A DNA stretch of 64,000 bases from an uncultured Lachnospiraceae bacterium (lineage in GTDB: Bacteria > Bacillota > Clostridia > Lachnospirales > Lachnospiraceae). A program made the translations under genes and the position numbers. This document shows, one piece after another, positions 8,798-18,625 of the stretch. The stretch covers positions 881 through 64,880 of the forward strand of contig CALZOU010000001.1 of assembly GCA_945827805.1 (NCBI GenBank). The letters run 5' to 3'. The number at the start of each line of letters is the position of its first letter. Within the stretch, counting starts at the first letter, position 1. Under the pieces are notes generated by a model. That model saw nothing but the letters and a program-made list of their open reading frames with translations. It was not told the DNA's origin and made no database searches.

Positions 8798-10746
8798 TTG
8801 CGTTTTCCTCTTTTGGTCACAGTTTCTTTTGTGACACTCTTTGAACTATACTTCTCTTTTCTGGTTCCGGAATTTTTATGGTTGTGTCCTGGCTTTGCTC
8901 TGCCCTTCTCCTCAGCAGTTTTTCTCTGTGAAGAAGGCTTCTTACCCGCGAGCTTTCTCGGCGGGATCAGACATTCCTTTCCGAAACCGATCAGATCCGT
9001 GCGGCCGGCTTTTACGAGCGCTTCTTTGACCAGGTCGTAGTTTTTGGGATCCTTAAACTGGATCAGTGCCCGCTGCATGGCTTTTTCATGGGGATTTCTG
9101 GGCACATAGACCGGCTCCATGGTCAGAGGATTCAATCCTGTATAATACATGCAGGTAGATACTGTAGCCGGGGTCGGATAAAAATCCTGCACCTGTTCCG
9201 GCGTATACCCGAGATCCCGGATATATTCTGCCAGCTCGACAGCCTCTTTCAGGCCGCAGCCGGGATGGGAAGACATAAAATACGGTATGGCATACTGTTC
9301 TTTATGACAGGCTTTCGTAATTTTGTCAAATTCACGCAAGAATCCCTCGTAAACCACGTGTTTTGGTTTCCCCATGCAGGAAAGCACCGGATCAGACACA
9401 TGCTCCGGGGCCACTCTCAGCTGACCGCTGACATGATCTTTTACCAGATCTTTAAAAAAGCTGCGGTCACTGTCCGCCATCAGATAATCAAAACGGATAC
9501 CGGAGCGGACAAAGATCTTTTTTACACCGGGAATTGCATTCATCTCCCGAAGAAGTTTCAGATAGTCGCTGTGATCCACCTTAAGATTTTTGCAGGGCTG
9601 GGGAAACAGACACTGTTTTCGGGCACAGACACCCTTCGTCAGCTGTTTTTCACAGGAAGGCATACGGAAATCTGCGGTAGGGCCTCCCACATCATGGATA
9701 TTTCCCTTGAAATCCGTTTCTGTCGTAAACTGACGGGCCTCTTTCAGCATTGAAGCATGGCTTCGCACCTGCACAGTACGCCCCTGATGATACGTCAGTG
9801 CGCAGAAGTTGCAGCCGCCAAAGCATCCCCGGTTATTGGTAATACTGTACTTTATCTCGGAAAAGGCCGGGATACCGCCATCTTTATCATAGATGGGATG
9901 CCAGGCTCTCTGGTATGGAAGATCATACACATCGTCCATCTCCTGCATGGTCAGCGGCAAAGCGGGCGGATTTACGACCACATATCCTCTTGTCGTATTA
10001 TCTTCCACAAGGATTTTCGCGGTAATCGCGTCTGTATTCTCGTGCTGAATCCGAAAGCTATCGGCATAGGCCTTTTTATCTGTCTGTGTCTGTTCAAAAG
10101 ACGGCAGCAGAATATAGTCCGACAGGTTTTCCAGCGTTTTTGTTCTGTAAACCGTTCCCCGGATAAAGGTGATGTCCTCTATGGAAAGTCCGCTGTCCAG
10201 CGCCTCCGCAATCTCAATAATGGAATGCTCGCCCATACCGTAAGAGATCAGATCCGCGCCGGAATCGATCAGTACCGAGCGGCGGACTTTGTCACTCCAG
10301 TAATCATAATGGGAAAGGCGGCGAAGGCTGGCTTCGATGCCTCCAAGGATAATAGGGGTATGTTTATAGGTCCGTCGGATCAGATTGCTGTAGACTGTCA
10401 CTGCTCGGTCCGGTCTGCATCCTGTTTTGCCGCCCGGAGAATAAGCGTCTGTTAAGCGGTGTTTTTTCGACACACTGTAATGATTGACCATGGAATCCAT
10501 ATTTCCTGCGGAAACAAGAAAAGCCAGCCTCGGCTCTCCGAATTCCCGGATGCTGTTTTCATCTTTCCAGTCCGGCTGGCACAGCATGGCTACCTTATAG
10601 CCATGAGCCTCAAGAAGCCGGCTGATAATGGCAGATCCAAAGGAGCTGTGATCCACATAAGCATCTCCCACAACGTAGACAAAATCAGGCTGCGTCCAGC
10701 CTCTTTCTTTCATTTCTTTTCGGTTGATCGGTAAAAAATCTGACAT
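8794..10746 (-). CDS. YgiQ-family (UPF0313) radical SAM protein
   Basis: 650 aa. N-terminal FLP....M..RGW...D.....GDAYVDH.SFG, a CxxxCxxC-type cluster (CFGGCNFC) and a lysine-rich tail. Confidence 0.85.
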   Translation of the reverse strand: MSDFLPINRKEMKERGWTQPDFVYVVGDAYVDHSSFGSAIISRLLEAHGYKVAMLCQPDWKDENSIREFGEPRLAFLVSAGNMDSMVNHYSVSKKHRLTDAYSPGGKTGCRPDRAVTVYSNLIRRTYKHTPIILGGIEASLRRLSHYDYWSDKVRRSVLIDSGADLISYGMGEHSIIEIAEALDSGLSIEDITFIRGTVYRTKTLENLSDYILLPSFEQTQTDKKAYADSFRIQHENTDAITAKILVEDNTTRGYVVVNPPALPLTMQEMDDVYDLPYQRAWHPIYDKDGGIPAFSEIKYSITNNRGCFGGCNFCALTYHQGRTVQVRSHASMLKEARQFTTETDFKGNIHDVGGPTADFRMPSCEKQLTKGVCARKQCLFPQPCKNLKVDHSDYLKLLREMNAIPGVKKIFVRSGIRFDYLMADSDRSFFKDLVKDHVSGQLRVAPEHVSDPVLSCMGKPKHVVYEGFLREFDKITKACHKEQYAIPYFMSSHPGCGLKEAVELAEYIRDLGYTPEQVQDFYPTPATVSTCMYYTGLNPLTMEPVYVPRNPHEKAMQRALIQFKDPKNYDLVKEALVKAGRTDLIGFGKECLIPPRKLAGKKPSSQRKTAEEKGRAKPGHNHKNSGTRKEKYSSKSVTKETVTKRGKRK

Positions 10747-10754
10747 ACTACCTC

Positions 10755-11474
10755 TTATTTCGTGCCGCCAAAAGCGGATAACTGCTGTATTTCTGCTTCT
10801 GTCAGAGGGCGGTACTCTCCCTCAGAAAGCGCAGGGTCAAGGACAAGCGATCCCATGGAAAGCCGTTTTAAAAATGTAACTGTCTTACCTCTGGTCAGGA
10901 ACATGCGTTTTACCTGATGAAAACGGCCTTCATGGATCGTAATGTTTACATGGGAAAGATCCTCATATACGGCTTCAACAGATGCCGGAAGCGTTATTTC
11001 ATCGTCCCCTATGTCCACACCTGCTTCCAGCGCCGCAATATCGTCTTCTGTAAGCATTCCGTCCAAACGCACCTCATAGGTCTTGTCTACATGATGGGAG
11101 GGTGACAACAGATGGTGGGAAAGCTGTCCGTCATTACAGATCAGAAGAAGCCCCACCGTATCTTTATCCAGCCGTCCCACAGGAAACAGATCCTTGCGGT
11201 CACTCTCGATCAGATCCAGGACCGTAGGCTGCTTTTTGTCCCGGGCCGCTGACAATACACCTGCCGGTTTGTTCAGCATATAGTATTCAAAAGGATGATA
11301 AACAAGCTTGCGCCCATCAACAGTCACTGTATCTGTTTCCGTATCTATTTTCGTCTCAGGTTTCTTTGCGATCTCATTGTTCACTCTCACTCTGCCTTTG
11401 CGGATCAGAAGCTTTACTTTTGAGCGTGTATCTACTGACAGATCTGCCAGATATTTATCCAGTCTAAGCTGCAT
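10755..11474 (-). CDS. RsuA/RluB-family pseudouridine synthase
   Basis: S4 domain (RLDKYLAD) and GRLDKDT.GLL catalytic motif. Start moved to the ATG behind AGGAGG (MQLRLDKY). Confidence 0.85.
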   Translation of the reverse strand: MQLRLDKYLADLSVDTRSKVKLLIRKGRVRVNNEIAKKPETKIDTETDTVTVDGRKLVYHPFEYYMLNKPAGVLSAARDKKQPTVLDLIESDRKDLFPVGRLDKDTVGLLLICNDGQLSHHLLSPSHHVDKTYEVRLDGMLTEDDIAALEAGVDIGDDEITLPASVEAVYEDLSHVNITIHEGRFHQVKRMFLTRGKTVTFLKRLSMGSLVLDPALSEGEYRPLTEAEIQQLSAFGGTK

Positions 11475-11482
11475 AGTTCCTC

Positions 11483-12865
11483 CTAGAGCATTCGCCATCC
11501 TGCATTATATTTGTTTTTGATCCGTCCTCTGTCCAGTTTTCCAAACCCCAGCGGATAACCGTCCGTACAGATCAGAATCCATCCTTTTTTCGCTCCCATT
11601 TCCGGAGCATCAATGGTCTCACCTTTAAGATAACGGACAATCCGTCCGTCAGAAGCGGGCAGGGACAAAGTCAGAGGAAATTCTGCCTGTCTGAGAGCCA
11701 TAGCCAGAGCCTGAGATGGTTCAAAACGGTTCTTTTTGCACTCGCCTGCAAGAAGTCCTGTACGGAGAAAACGAAGTTTTTTTGATGTGATCGGCTGACT
11801 GGGGATATAGTACAGCTTTTCATCCCGAAACATCCAGTCTCCGTCCCCCGAAAAGCAGCCTGCGCTGAGAATGGGCTGCAGAAACTCTTCGGCGGCCGAA
11901 GGGATCTTATTTTTTTTACCGGAGTCTTTGGTTTTCTGTTGGCCACCTGATGTTAAAGAATCCTCACCTTTTTGCAAAAGTGCGGCAAAATGACCTTCTC
12001 CGTCCATATTCTGGGGGAAAATCCTCACTGCGTCTTCAAAAGGAGAAAGCCCCGCGGAAAATCCCGCATATCTTTCGGAAAGCTTTACAAGATGAAATTC
12101 CGGCCGGTTTTCTAAAAGCCAGGACAGCGTACCTTCGTTTTCAAGAGGTGCAAAGGTACATGTAGAATAGACCAGCATACCGCCCGGTTTCAGCATATCT
12201 GCCGCCTGAAGGATCAGCTTTTTCTGAATCTCACTGTAATATTCGGGGCCGTGTTCTTCCCAATACTGTGTCATCTGCGGCTCTTTGTGAAACATCCCCT
12301 CACCGGAACAGGGGGCATCCACTAGAATTTTGTCAAAGGTTTCAGGAAACACCTGTACCAGACGTTCGGGGTCTTCACTGCACACAGCCATATTTCCTAT
12401 ACCAAAACGCTCCAGATTGCGAAGAAGAGCTCTGGCTCTGGATGAACTGATATCGTTGGCCAGAAGAAATCCTGTGCCATTAAGCCTGGCACCAAGCTCT
12501 GTGGCTTTGCCCCCGGGAGCAGCGCACAGATCCAGCACCAGATCTCCCTCCTTAACAGGGAGGATACTGGCCGGCGTCATAGCGCTTGGTTCCTGCATAT
12601 AGTACAGCCCGGCATAGTACCATGGATGTTTGGAAATCATATCCTCATCTTCATAGTAAAAGCCATTGCGTATCCATGGAATCGCATCAAGATGAAAAAA
12701 AGAAGCGGCTTTAAATGCTTCCGGAGATATTTTTGCAGTGTTGACACGAAGTCCTGCTCTCACAGGCCGCTCATAGGACGCCAAAAAGGCCGGGTACATT
12801 TCTGCACCCAGCAGTTCATGCATTGACTGTTGAAATTTATCCGGTAAATTAAGCTTCATTGGCAC
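11483..12865 (-). CDS. RsmF/RsmB-family rRNA cytosine-C5 methyltransferase
   Basis: DLCAAPGGK SAM motif, the DAPCSGEG and STCT catalytic cysteine motifs, and a C-terminal PUA-like extension. Confidence 0.8.
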   Translation of the reverse strand: MPMKLNLPDKFQQSMHELLGAEMYPAFLASYERPVRAGLRVNTAKISPEAFKAASFFHLDAIPWIRNGFYYEDEDMISKHPWYYAGLYYMQEPSAMTPASILPVKEGDLVLDLCAAPGGKATELGARLNGTGFLLANDISSSRARALLRNLERFGIGNMAVCSEDPERLVQVFPETFDKILVDAPCSGEGMFHKEPQMTQYWEEHGPEYYSEIQKKLILQAADMLKPGGMLVYSTCTFAPLENEGTLSWLLENRPEFHLVKLSERYAGFSAGLSPFEDAVRIFPQNMDGEGHFAALLQKGEDSLTSGGQQKTKDSGKKNKIPSAAEEFLQPILSAGCFSGDGDWMFRDEKLYYIPSQPITSKKLRFLRTGLLAGECKKNRFEPSQALAMALRQAEFPLTLSLPASDGRIVRYLKGETIDAPEMGAKKGWILICTDGYPLGFGKLDRGRIKNKYNAGWRML

Positions 12866-12886
12866 CTCATATCCTAATATTGAGAA

Positions 12887-13708
12887 TTATACTTCTCCGG
12901 GATCTACAGTTACGGCCTGCGCCCTGTATCCTTCTGAAATAATGTCCAGCTGACGGTGAAAATGCTTCAGCTGTTCCAGATCATTCATCTGGTAGATCCG
13001 GTAAAATTCGTCCTGTATTTTACTTACCTCCCGCTTATTGGAAACGCGGTACAGGTTTTCGATATTATTCAATATGTCTTCCACCAGCTTGAGATTGGTC
13101 ATGGAAGAATTCTGCGCGTCCATAATGTCACTTCTCACAGAGGACATTTCGTGGTCAAGGGCTACAATGGCATCTGCCGCATTGCTCAGCCGTTTTCGGA
13201 TATGTTCCGGCATATTGGCCCTGTATTTGTACTGCAGAGAATGCTCGATCGTAGACCAGAAATCCATGGCCATGGTACGGATCTGTATCTCCGCGTGGAT
13301 CTTTTTGGGGCCATCCAGAGTTTCCACAGTATAAGCGATGATCAGATGATAACTGCGGTATCCGCTTGGTTTGATATTGTGAATATAATCCTTTACACTG
13401 ACGATTTCCATATCGCTGCGGCTTCGGATCAGCTCCTCAACCCTGGCAATATCCTCCACAAACTGACATATAATGCGTATTCCTGCGATATCATCAATTT
13501 CGTCTTCCAGCTTGTCAAGAGGAATGTTTTTCTTTTGCAGCTTATCCAGAATACTGGATACAGACTTCACCCGTCCTGTAACCTGCGTAATGGGTGAATA
13601 GAGATCTTTCTCATGATGTTCTCTGATCAGATGGTTAAATTTGACAGTCAGTTCCTTTACTGCCAGTTCATAGGGGCATAAGATCTGCCGCCAGAGCTGT
13701 ATTTCCAT
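12887..13708 (-). CDS. Small alarmone synthetase (RelQ/RelP-type GTP pyrophosphokinase)
   Basis: Single RelA/SpoT synthetase domain: GRVKS..SI..K, DIAGIRII, YRSYHLI and EIQIRT.AMDFW. Confidence 0.8.
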   Translation of the reverse strand: MEIQLWRQILCPYELAVKELTVKFNHLIREHHEKDLYSPITQVTGRVKSVSSILDKLQKKNIPLDKLEDEIDDIAGIRIICQFVEDIARVEELIRSRSDMEIVSVKDYIHNIKPSGYRSYHLIIAYTVETLDGPKKIHAEIQIRTMAMDFWSTIEHSLQYKYRANMPEHIRKRLSNAADAIVALDHEMSSVRSDIMDAQNSSMTNLKLVEDILNNIENLYRVSNKREVSKIQDEFYRIYQMNDLEQLKHFHRQLDIISEGYRAQAVTVDPGEV

Positions 13709-13848
13709 AGATGCATTGCCTCATTTCTTTCAATTTGATACAGCTTTATCATTATAGCATAAGCTGCACCCAAAATAAACCATATGCTTTGCCATAATAA
13801 GTTAGAACTTTTATTTTGTGTTGCTGTGAACGAAGTGATTTGCTGATC

Positions 13849-13875
13849 GTTTCTGTGAAGGAACTGAACAGATAC
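13849..13875 (+). repeat. Leader palindrome family, copy d
   Basis: GTTTCTGTGAAGGAACTGAACAGATAC, 61 nt upstream of the ylbJ-like start. This is the only plus-strand copy and it precedes the only plus-strand gene that carries one. Confidence 0.8.
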
Positions 13876-13936
13876 CTTATTTTCTGCAAATAACGGGACT
13901 ATACGGCATGACAGAAACATACATATAAAACAAAAA

Positions 13937-14917
13937 GTGGCTGCGATGAAAAAAATACTGATCGGCGTACTGTCACTGCTGCAGCTTTTCATGATTCTTT
14001 TATTACCGGAAACAGCTTTACAGGGAGCCAGGGACGGATTGCTGCTATGGTTTAACCGGGTCATTCCCGCACTTTTGCCCTGCATGATCCTGTCACAGCT
14101 GTTCCTTCACAGCCAGATCCTGGAAAAACTGGCCGGGACCGAAAACAGTTCAGGCGGTCGCATCAGCGGACTTTCAGGTTACGGATGGTATATAGCCCTG
14201 AACGGACTGCTGTGCGGTATCCCAATGGGTGCCAGAATGGTACACGATGCCTTTTGTTCTCACAAAATAAAGCGCAGTGAAGCTCTTCTTCTGCTGACTT
14301 TTACAAATCAGCTGTCCCCGGCTTTTTTGATGGAATATGTATTTGCGGATCCCGGTATTTCAGGAAAAATGCGCTCACTTCTGCTTATATCTTATTATAT
14401 GAGCGTTCTGTTGATATGGATCATAAGCCGGTATATATTTATTATCTATCCGGGGAAAATAGCCCCTTCTTTGTCAGAGCATACGATCTGGGCGGCGTGC
14501 AGCACATCAAAAAAGGAGGCCTCACAGACTTTCAGCCTGAGCGAAAATCTGGACACCTCCATTATGAACAGTCTGGAAACTATCCTGCGAATCGGTGGGT
14601 ATATTCTGCTATTTTCTGTACTGGCAGCCATCGTACAGGGAATAGCACCATTCTCTCAGACAGTCAGAAGTATTCTTGTTTCTGTCTTTGAGATCACCAC
14701 AGGACTTGGACAGCTCCAAGCCTGTCGCCTGAACGCAGTCGTAAAAAGTATTCTGTTCAACAGTCTCTGCGCCTTTGGCGGGCTGAGCAGTCTGATGCAG
14801 GTATGCGGTATGCTCCGGGAAACAGGACTGCCTGTACGCGTATGCATCATGGCCAAACTCGGTCAGGGAGCACTGACTGCCCTGATCACAGGATTACTCT
14901 TCTTCTTCGTACTCTAA
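13937..14917 (+). CDS. Polytopic membrane protein, YlbJ-like (sporulation integral membrane protein / nucleoside-recognition fold)
   Basis: About 8 TM helices and an N-terminal PE.AL.GA..G...W...V.P.L.P pattern. Located near rsmD (ylbH), as in Bacillus. Start may be GTG 13937 or ATG 13946. Confidence 0.55.
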   Translation: MAAMKKILIGVLSLLQLFMILLLPETALQGARDGLLLWFNRVIPALLPCMILSQLFLHSQILEKLAGTENSSGGRISGLSGYGWYIALNGLLCGIPMGARMVHDAFCSHKIKRSEALLLLTFTNQLSPAFLMEYVFADPGISGKMRSLLLISYYMSVLLIWIISRYIFIIYPGKIAPSLSEHTIWAACSTSKKEASQTFSLSENLDTSIMNSLETILRIGGYILLFSVLAAIVQGIAPFSQTVRSILVSVFEITTGLGQLQACRLNAVVKSILFNSLCAFGGLSSLMQVCGMLRETGLPVRVCIMAKLGQGALTALITGLLFFFVL

Positions 14918-15493
14918 CTCTTCGTCGCTCACCTCATCGTTCTGGATCTGAGACACCTGAGGAGCCAGTTCGCTGCGATTTTTCTTTACCACATCATAGC
15001 AGCTCTTGATGGAATTCATAAAAAGACTGTATTTTTCTCCGGCATCTGTCATTGTGCTCTCCATGATCTGTGCCATATTGGCCAGCATATCATCAGTATA
15101 GCTGATGGCAGACAGACGAATATTGTTGGAATCTGTGGTGGCAGCGTCAAGGATGCTCTGTGCCTGGGCGTTGGCCTGGTTAACGGTCTCATTCGCCTGG
15201 GCATAGGCTCTCTGCATTACTTCATGCTGACTGACCATCTCCTGCGCGGTGGCTTCAGCCTCTGCAATAATAGATTCGGCCTTTGCCTGAGCATCTGCAA
15301 GGATAGCATCTTTATTACTGATGATCTTCTGGTATCTCTTGATCTCATCCGGAGTCTTCAGGCGAAGTTCACGCAGAAGCTCTTCTAATTCTTCTTTATT
15401 TACAACGATCTTTGTTGTGGACAGTGGCTGATATTTACAGCTCTCCACATACTCTTCGATTTCTTCAATAATCTGTTCAATTCTACTGCTCAT
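14894..15493 (-). CDS. Coiled-coil protein with acidic tail, function unknown
   Basis: Start set at MSSRIEQ behind AAGGAG. Alanine/glutamine-rich heptad segments and a C-terminal EELEYEEEE tail. Confidence 0.5.
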   Translation of the reverse strand: MSSRIEQIIEEIEEYVESCKYQPLSTTKIVVNKEELEELLRELRLKTPDEIKRYQKIISNKDAILADAQAKAESIIAEAEATAQEMVSQHEVMQRAYAQANETVNQANAQAQSILDAATTDSNNIRLSAISYTDDMLANMAQIMESTMTDAGEKYSLFMNSIKSCYDVVKKNRSELAPQVSQIQNDEVSDEELEYEEEE

Positions 15494-15540
15494 ATTAATC
15501 TCCTTATTTATCTGACGGTAAAGCATTTACTCCCATTCGG

Positions 15541-15567
15541 GTATCTGTTAAGTACCTTCTCAGATAC
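15541..15567 (-). repeat. Leader palindrome family, copy e
   Basis: Sense strand GTATCTGAGAAGGTACTTAACAGATAC, 47 nt upstream of ATG 15493. Confidence 0.75.
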
Positions 15568-15677
15568 TATTCAGTCACCCACTCGGTACAATATTAGCAC
15601 GTATCCTCAAAGAAAACAATGGCTGATTTCATGATTTTTTACGGGATTTTTACGGAAAACACATTATTTACGCAAGA

Positions 15678-16241
15678 CTATGCTCTTTCTTCCGTTTGAA
15701 AAAAGACGTGTTTATTGGTTTTGTATACTTTTTCCCGTACGACTGTAAAGCCCAGTTCTGCCGCATAAGAAAGATCTGTGCTGCGGGACGCTTCCACCAC
15801 GACAATACCGCCCTCTCTTAACAGTCCATGCTCACTTATATAGATAAGAGCTTCTTTTTCCAGTTCATGGTCATACGGAGGATCCATAAAAATACAGTCG
15901 AAAACTTCTCCTTTTCCGGAAAGTATACTTAAAGCATGCATGACCGAATCCTGCATGATCACTGCTTCCGGCAAAAGCTTTGTAAACTGAAGATTTTCCC
16001 GGATCACTGTGACAGCTTTTCTTGACTGTTCGACAAACACAGCCTTCACAGCCCCGCGACTTAAAGCTTCTATGCCAATCCCGCCACTGCCGGAAAAAAG
16101 ATCCAGGAAACGACAGCCCGGAATCCATGGCTGAAGGACATTAAATAAAGTCTCCTTCGTCCGATCTGTCGTAGGCCTGGTTTCAAGACCTTCGAGTGTC
16201 TTCAGTGGGAGACTTCTGCATTTCCCTGCAATTACTCTCAT
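15678..16241 (-). CDS. rsmD: 16S rRNA (guanine966-N2)-methyltransferase
   Basis: MRVIAG..R...L......RPT.D..KE.LFN, DLF.GSG and the DPPY motif. Confidence 0.9.
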   Translation of the reverse strand: MRVIAGKCRSLPLKTLEGLETRPTTDRTKETLFNVLQPWIPGCRFLDLFSGSGGIGIEALSRGAVKAVFVEQSRKAVTVIRENLQFTKLLPEAVIMQDSVMHALSILSGKGEVFDCIFMDPPYDHELEKEALIYISEHGLLREGGIVVVEASRSTDLSYAAELGFTVVREKVYKTNKHVFFQTEERA

Positions 16242-16259
16242 ATAAAAACTCCAATCTGA

Positions 16260-16655
16260 TTAAATAAGATGTAAACGCCAATCCAGATCACCACGATCAA
16301 GTCCAAGAATCAGAGATTCGGCCGTAGCAATGTTGGTGGCAACAGGAATATTAAACTGATCACAGCATCTGGTAATTTCAAAAACATCCGGTTCTTTTGG
16401 ATCGATCATGGTGGGATTGTAGAAAAAAATGACCAGATCCATATCTCCCCGGACAATCATTTCCATGAACTGCTTATCTCCGCCCACGGAACCGGCAAGA
16501 AACTTGTGAACATGGAGATTGGTGACCTCCTCAATGCGCCGTCCTGTAGTACCTGTCGCGTACACCTGATGTTTGGCGAGAATTCCTTTATATGCAATAC
16601 AAAAGTCTTCGATCAGACTCTTTTTACTATTGTGAGCGATAAATCCGATATTCAT
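16260..16655 (-). CDS. mgsA: Methylglyoxal synthase
   Basis: 131 aa. Contains IA.IAH...K, ATGTTG and GGD.Q motifs. Confidence 0.9.
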   Translation of the reverse strand: MNIGFIAHNSKKSLIEDFCIAYKGILAKHQVYATGTTGRRIEEVTNLHVHKFLAGSVGGDKQFMEMIVRGDMDLVIFFYNPTMIDPKEPDVFEITRCCDQFNIPVATNIATAESLILGLDRGDLDWRLHLI

Positions 16656-16720
16656 TTTTCGCCTCCTGAATTTATTCTACCATATTGCTATGATAACAAA
16701 ATGTCGAAATAATTGCAATA

Positions 16721-16735
16721 TATTTTCTGAAAATG
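16721..16735. promoter_or_regulatory. CodY-box-like palindrome
   Basis: TATTTTCTGAAAATG matches 13 of 15 positions of AATTTTCWGAAAATT. It lies between the divergent mgsA and SASP genes. Confidence 0.35.
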
Positions 16736-16861
16736 TACAATTTCACCAATATTCTATAAGCATCGAACTTTTTTCACAGAACTTTCCAGTGTATTTTGTC
16801 AGGACGTGCAGATACTATGAACGTAACAAGTCAAACCAATCAAATAAGGAGGCAATTCATT

Positions 16862-17077
16862 ATGGCAAACAGATCTTCCAGTACAACAGCTGTACCTGAA
16901 GCAAAGGGAGCAATGGACCGTTTCAAATTTGAGGTGGCAAGTGAGCTGGGTGTTCCGCTCTCCGACGGTTACAACGGAAACCTGACTTCCAAAGAAAATG
17001 GTTCCGTAGGTGGCTATATGGTCAAAAAAATGATCGAGGCCCAGGAAAGACAGATGACAAACGGTCACCAGATGTAA
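16862..17077 (+). CDS. Alpha/beta-type small acid-soluble spore protein
   Basis: 71 aa from the ATG behind AAGGAGG. Contains the two SASP signature blocks K.E.A.E.GV and GG.M.K..I..AE. Confidence 0.9.
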   Translation: MANRSSSTTAVPEAKGAMDRFKFEVASELGVPLSDGYNGNLTSKENGSVGGYMVKKMIEAQERQMTNGHQM

Positions 17078-17097
17078 GATCCGGCTGTCTTTTTAAA

Positions 17098-17142
17098 GCA
17101 AAAGGAACTGCTGCAGCGTTAGTCTGCAGTAGTTCCTTTTGC
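17098..17142. terminator. Bidirectional terminator between the SASP gene and the symporter
   Basis: 19-bp arms GCAAAAGGAACTGCTGCAG and CTGCAGTAGTTCCTTTTGC with a 7-nt loop. Confidence 0.75.
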
Positions 17143-17183
17143 TGTCGTACAGATCAAAGTTCCTGTGGACAATTTCTGATCTG

Positions 17184-18575
17184 CTATTTCTGACCGTGTC
17201 TTGCGAAATAATCTTTTGCCAGTTCTCTGACCTTTCCGGAAAGCAAAAACAGAGCAATCAGGTTTGGAATAACCATAAGGCCGTTAAAGGTTTCGGAAAT
17301 TCCCCAGATAACGGCAAGGTTTGTGGTAGCGCCTACAATGGCAATAAAGGAATACACCAGCATAAATCCTTTATTTACCTTAGTGCCAAAAAGATACTCG
17401 ATGCAGCGGGTACCGTAAAGCCCCCAGCCGATGATCGTAGAAAGTGCGAAACAGCACATGGCGATGGCGGTTAAAAGAGAAACCCAGCCACCGTATGTTG
17501 CAGTAAATCCGCTGATGGTAAGCTCGGCGCCAGCCGCCTGACCAAAGGTGATGTTTACTCCGCTGGTAAGAATAACAAGTGCTGTAAGTGTACAGATCAC
17601 AATGGTATCCATAAAGACTTCAAAGATGCCGAAGAAGCCCTGCTGTACCGGCTCTTTGATATCAGAAGCCGCATGGGCGATGGATCCTGTACCAAGACCT
17701 GCCTCATTGGAAAAAATACCGCGGGAAACGCCTTTTTTCATACCCATAAACATGCTGCCCACAATACCTCCGGTAACAGCCTGAGGATGAAATGCGCTCA
17801 CAAAAATCTGAGAAAAAGCAACCGGAATCTGACGGAAGTTTACTGCCAGCACACCAATGGCAAGAATGACATACATAACCGCCATAAAAGGTACCAGCTT
17901 TTCCGTAACTGTGCCGATTCGTTTGAGGCCCCCCACAAGGATCAGAGCTACAAGCAGCGCAATGAGAATACCAACGATCAGATTGACCCTGCCATAATAT
18001 TCCGGTGAGCAGATGTTAAAGTTTGCCAGTACACTGTCAATGGCAGTAACGATGGTATTGACCTGTGTTGCATTACCTGTACCGAATACTGCCAGCACAC
18101 CAAGTACCGCATAGATCACGGCAAGAAAATGCCAGTTCTTTTTCAGACCGTTTTTGATATAGTACATAGGTCCGCCGACCCAGTCTCCATCACTGTTTTT
18201 CTCCCGAAAATGTACAGCCAGTGTCACCTCGGAAAACTTAGTACACATGCCAAGCAGTGCACTGCACCACATCCAGAAAACTGCTCCCGGTCCGCCGATG
18301 GCGATAGCCCCAGCCACACCGGCAATATTACCGGTACCAACTGTTGCTGCCAAAGCTGTACAGACCGCCTGAAAAGGTGTTACTGAACCGTCGGAAGCTT
18401 CTTTTTTGGAAAAAATACGTCCGATGGTACATTTCATGGCATAGCCGAATTTTCTGAGCTGGATAAATCCCGTCTTAATACTGAGCAGCAGGCCGACGCC
18501 AATAATGCAGATCATGGCCGGCACGCCCCAGACAAAATTATTAACAATGTCATTAATATAAATAATCAGATCCAA
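17184..18575 (-). CDS. Alanine/glycine:cation symporter (AGCS family)
   Basis: 463 aa, about 11 TM helices. Contains the conserved G.V.PFQA...ALA..VGTGNI.GVA.AI..GGPGA.FWMW block. Confidence 0.9.
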   Translation of the reverse strand: MDLIIYINDIVNNFVWGVPAMICIIGVGLLLSIKTGFIQLRKFGYAMKCTIGRIFSKKEASDGSVTPFQAVCTALAATVGTGNIAGVAGAIAIGGPGAVFWMWCSALLGMCTKFSEVTLAVHFREKNSDGDWVGGPMYYIKNGLKKNWHFLAVIYAVLGVLAVFGTGNATQVNTIVTAIDSVLANFNICSPEYYGRVNLIVGILIALLVALILVGGLKRIGTVTEKLVPFMAVMYVILAIGVLAVNFRQIPVAFSQIFVSAFHPQAVTGGIVGSMFMGMKKGVSRGIFSNEAGLGTGSIAHAASDIKEPVQQGFFGIFEVFMDTIVICTLTALVILTSGVNITFGQAAGAELTISGFTATYGGWVSLLTAIAMCCFALSTIIGWGLYGTRCIEYLFGTKVNKGFMLVYSFIAIVGATTNLAVIWGISETFNGLMVIPNLIALFLLSGKVRELAKDYFARHGQK

Positions 18576-18625
18576 TGGTTTTTTCTCTCTTTCTGTATAA
18601 TAGTAAATCTACATCATCCTCACTG

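Noticed and set aside
16702-16708. Spo0A box as an independent regulatory call
   Set aside because: A single 7-mer is expected several times by chance in 64 kb on two strands. It is mentioned only as context in a finding.
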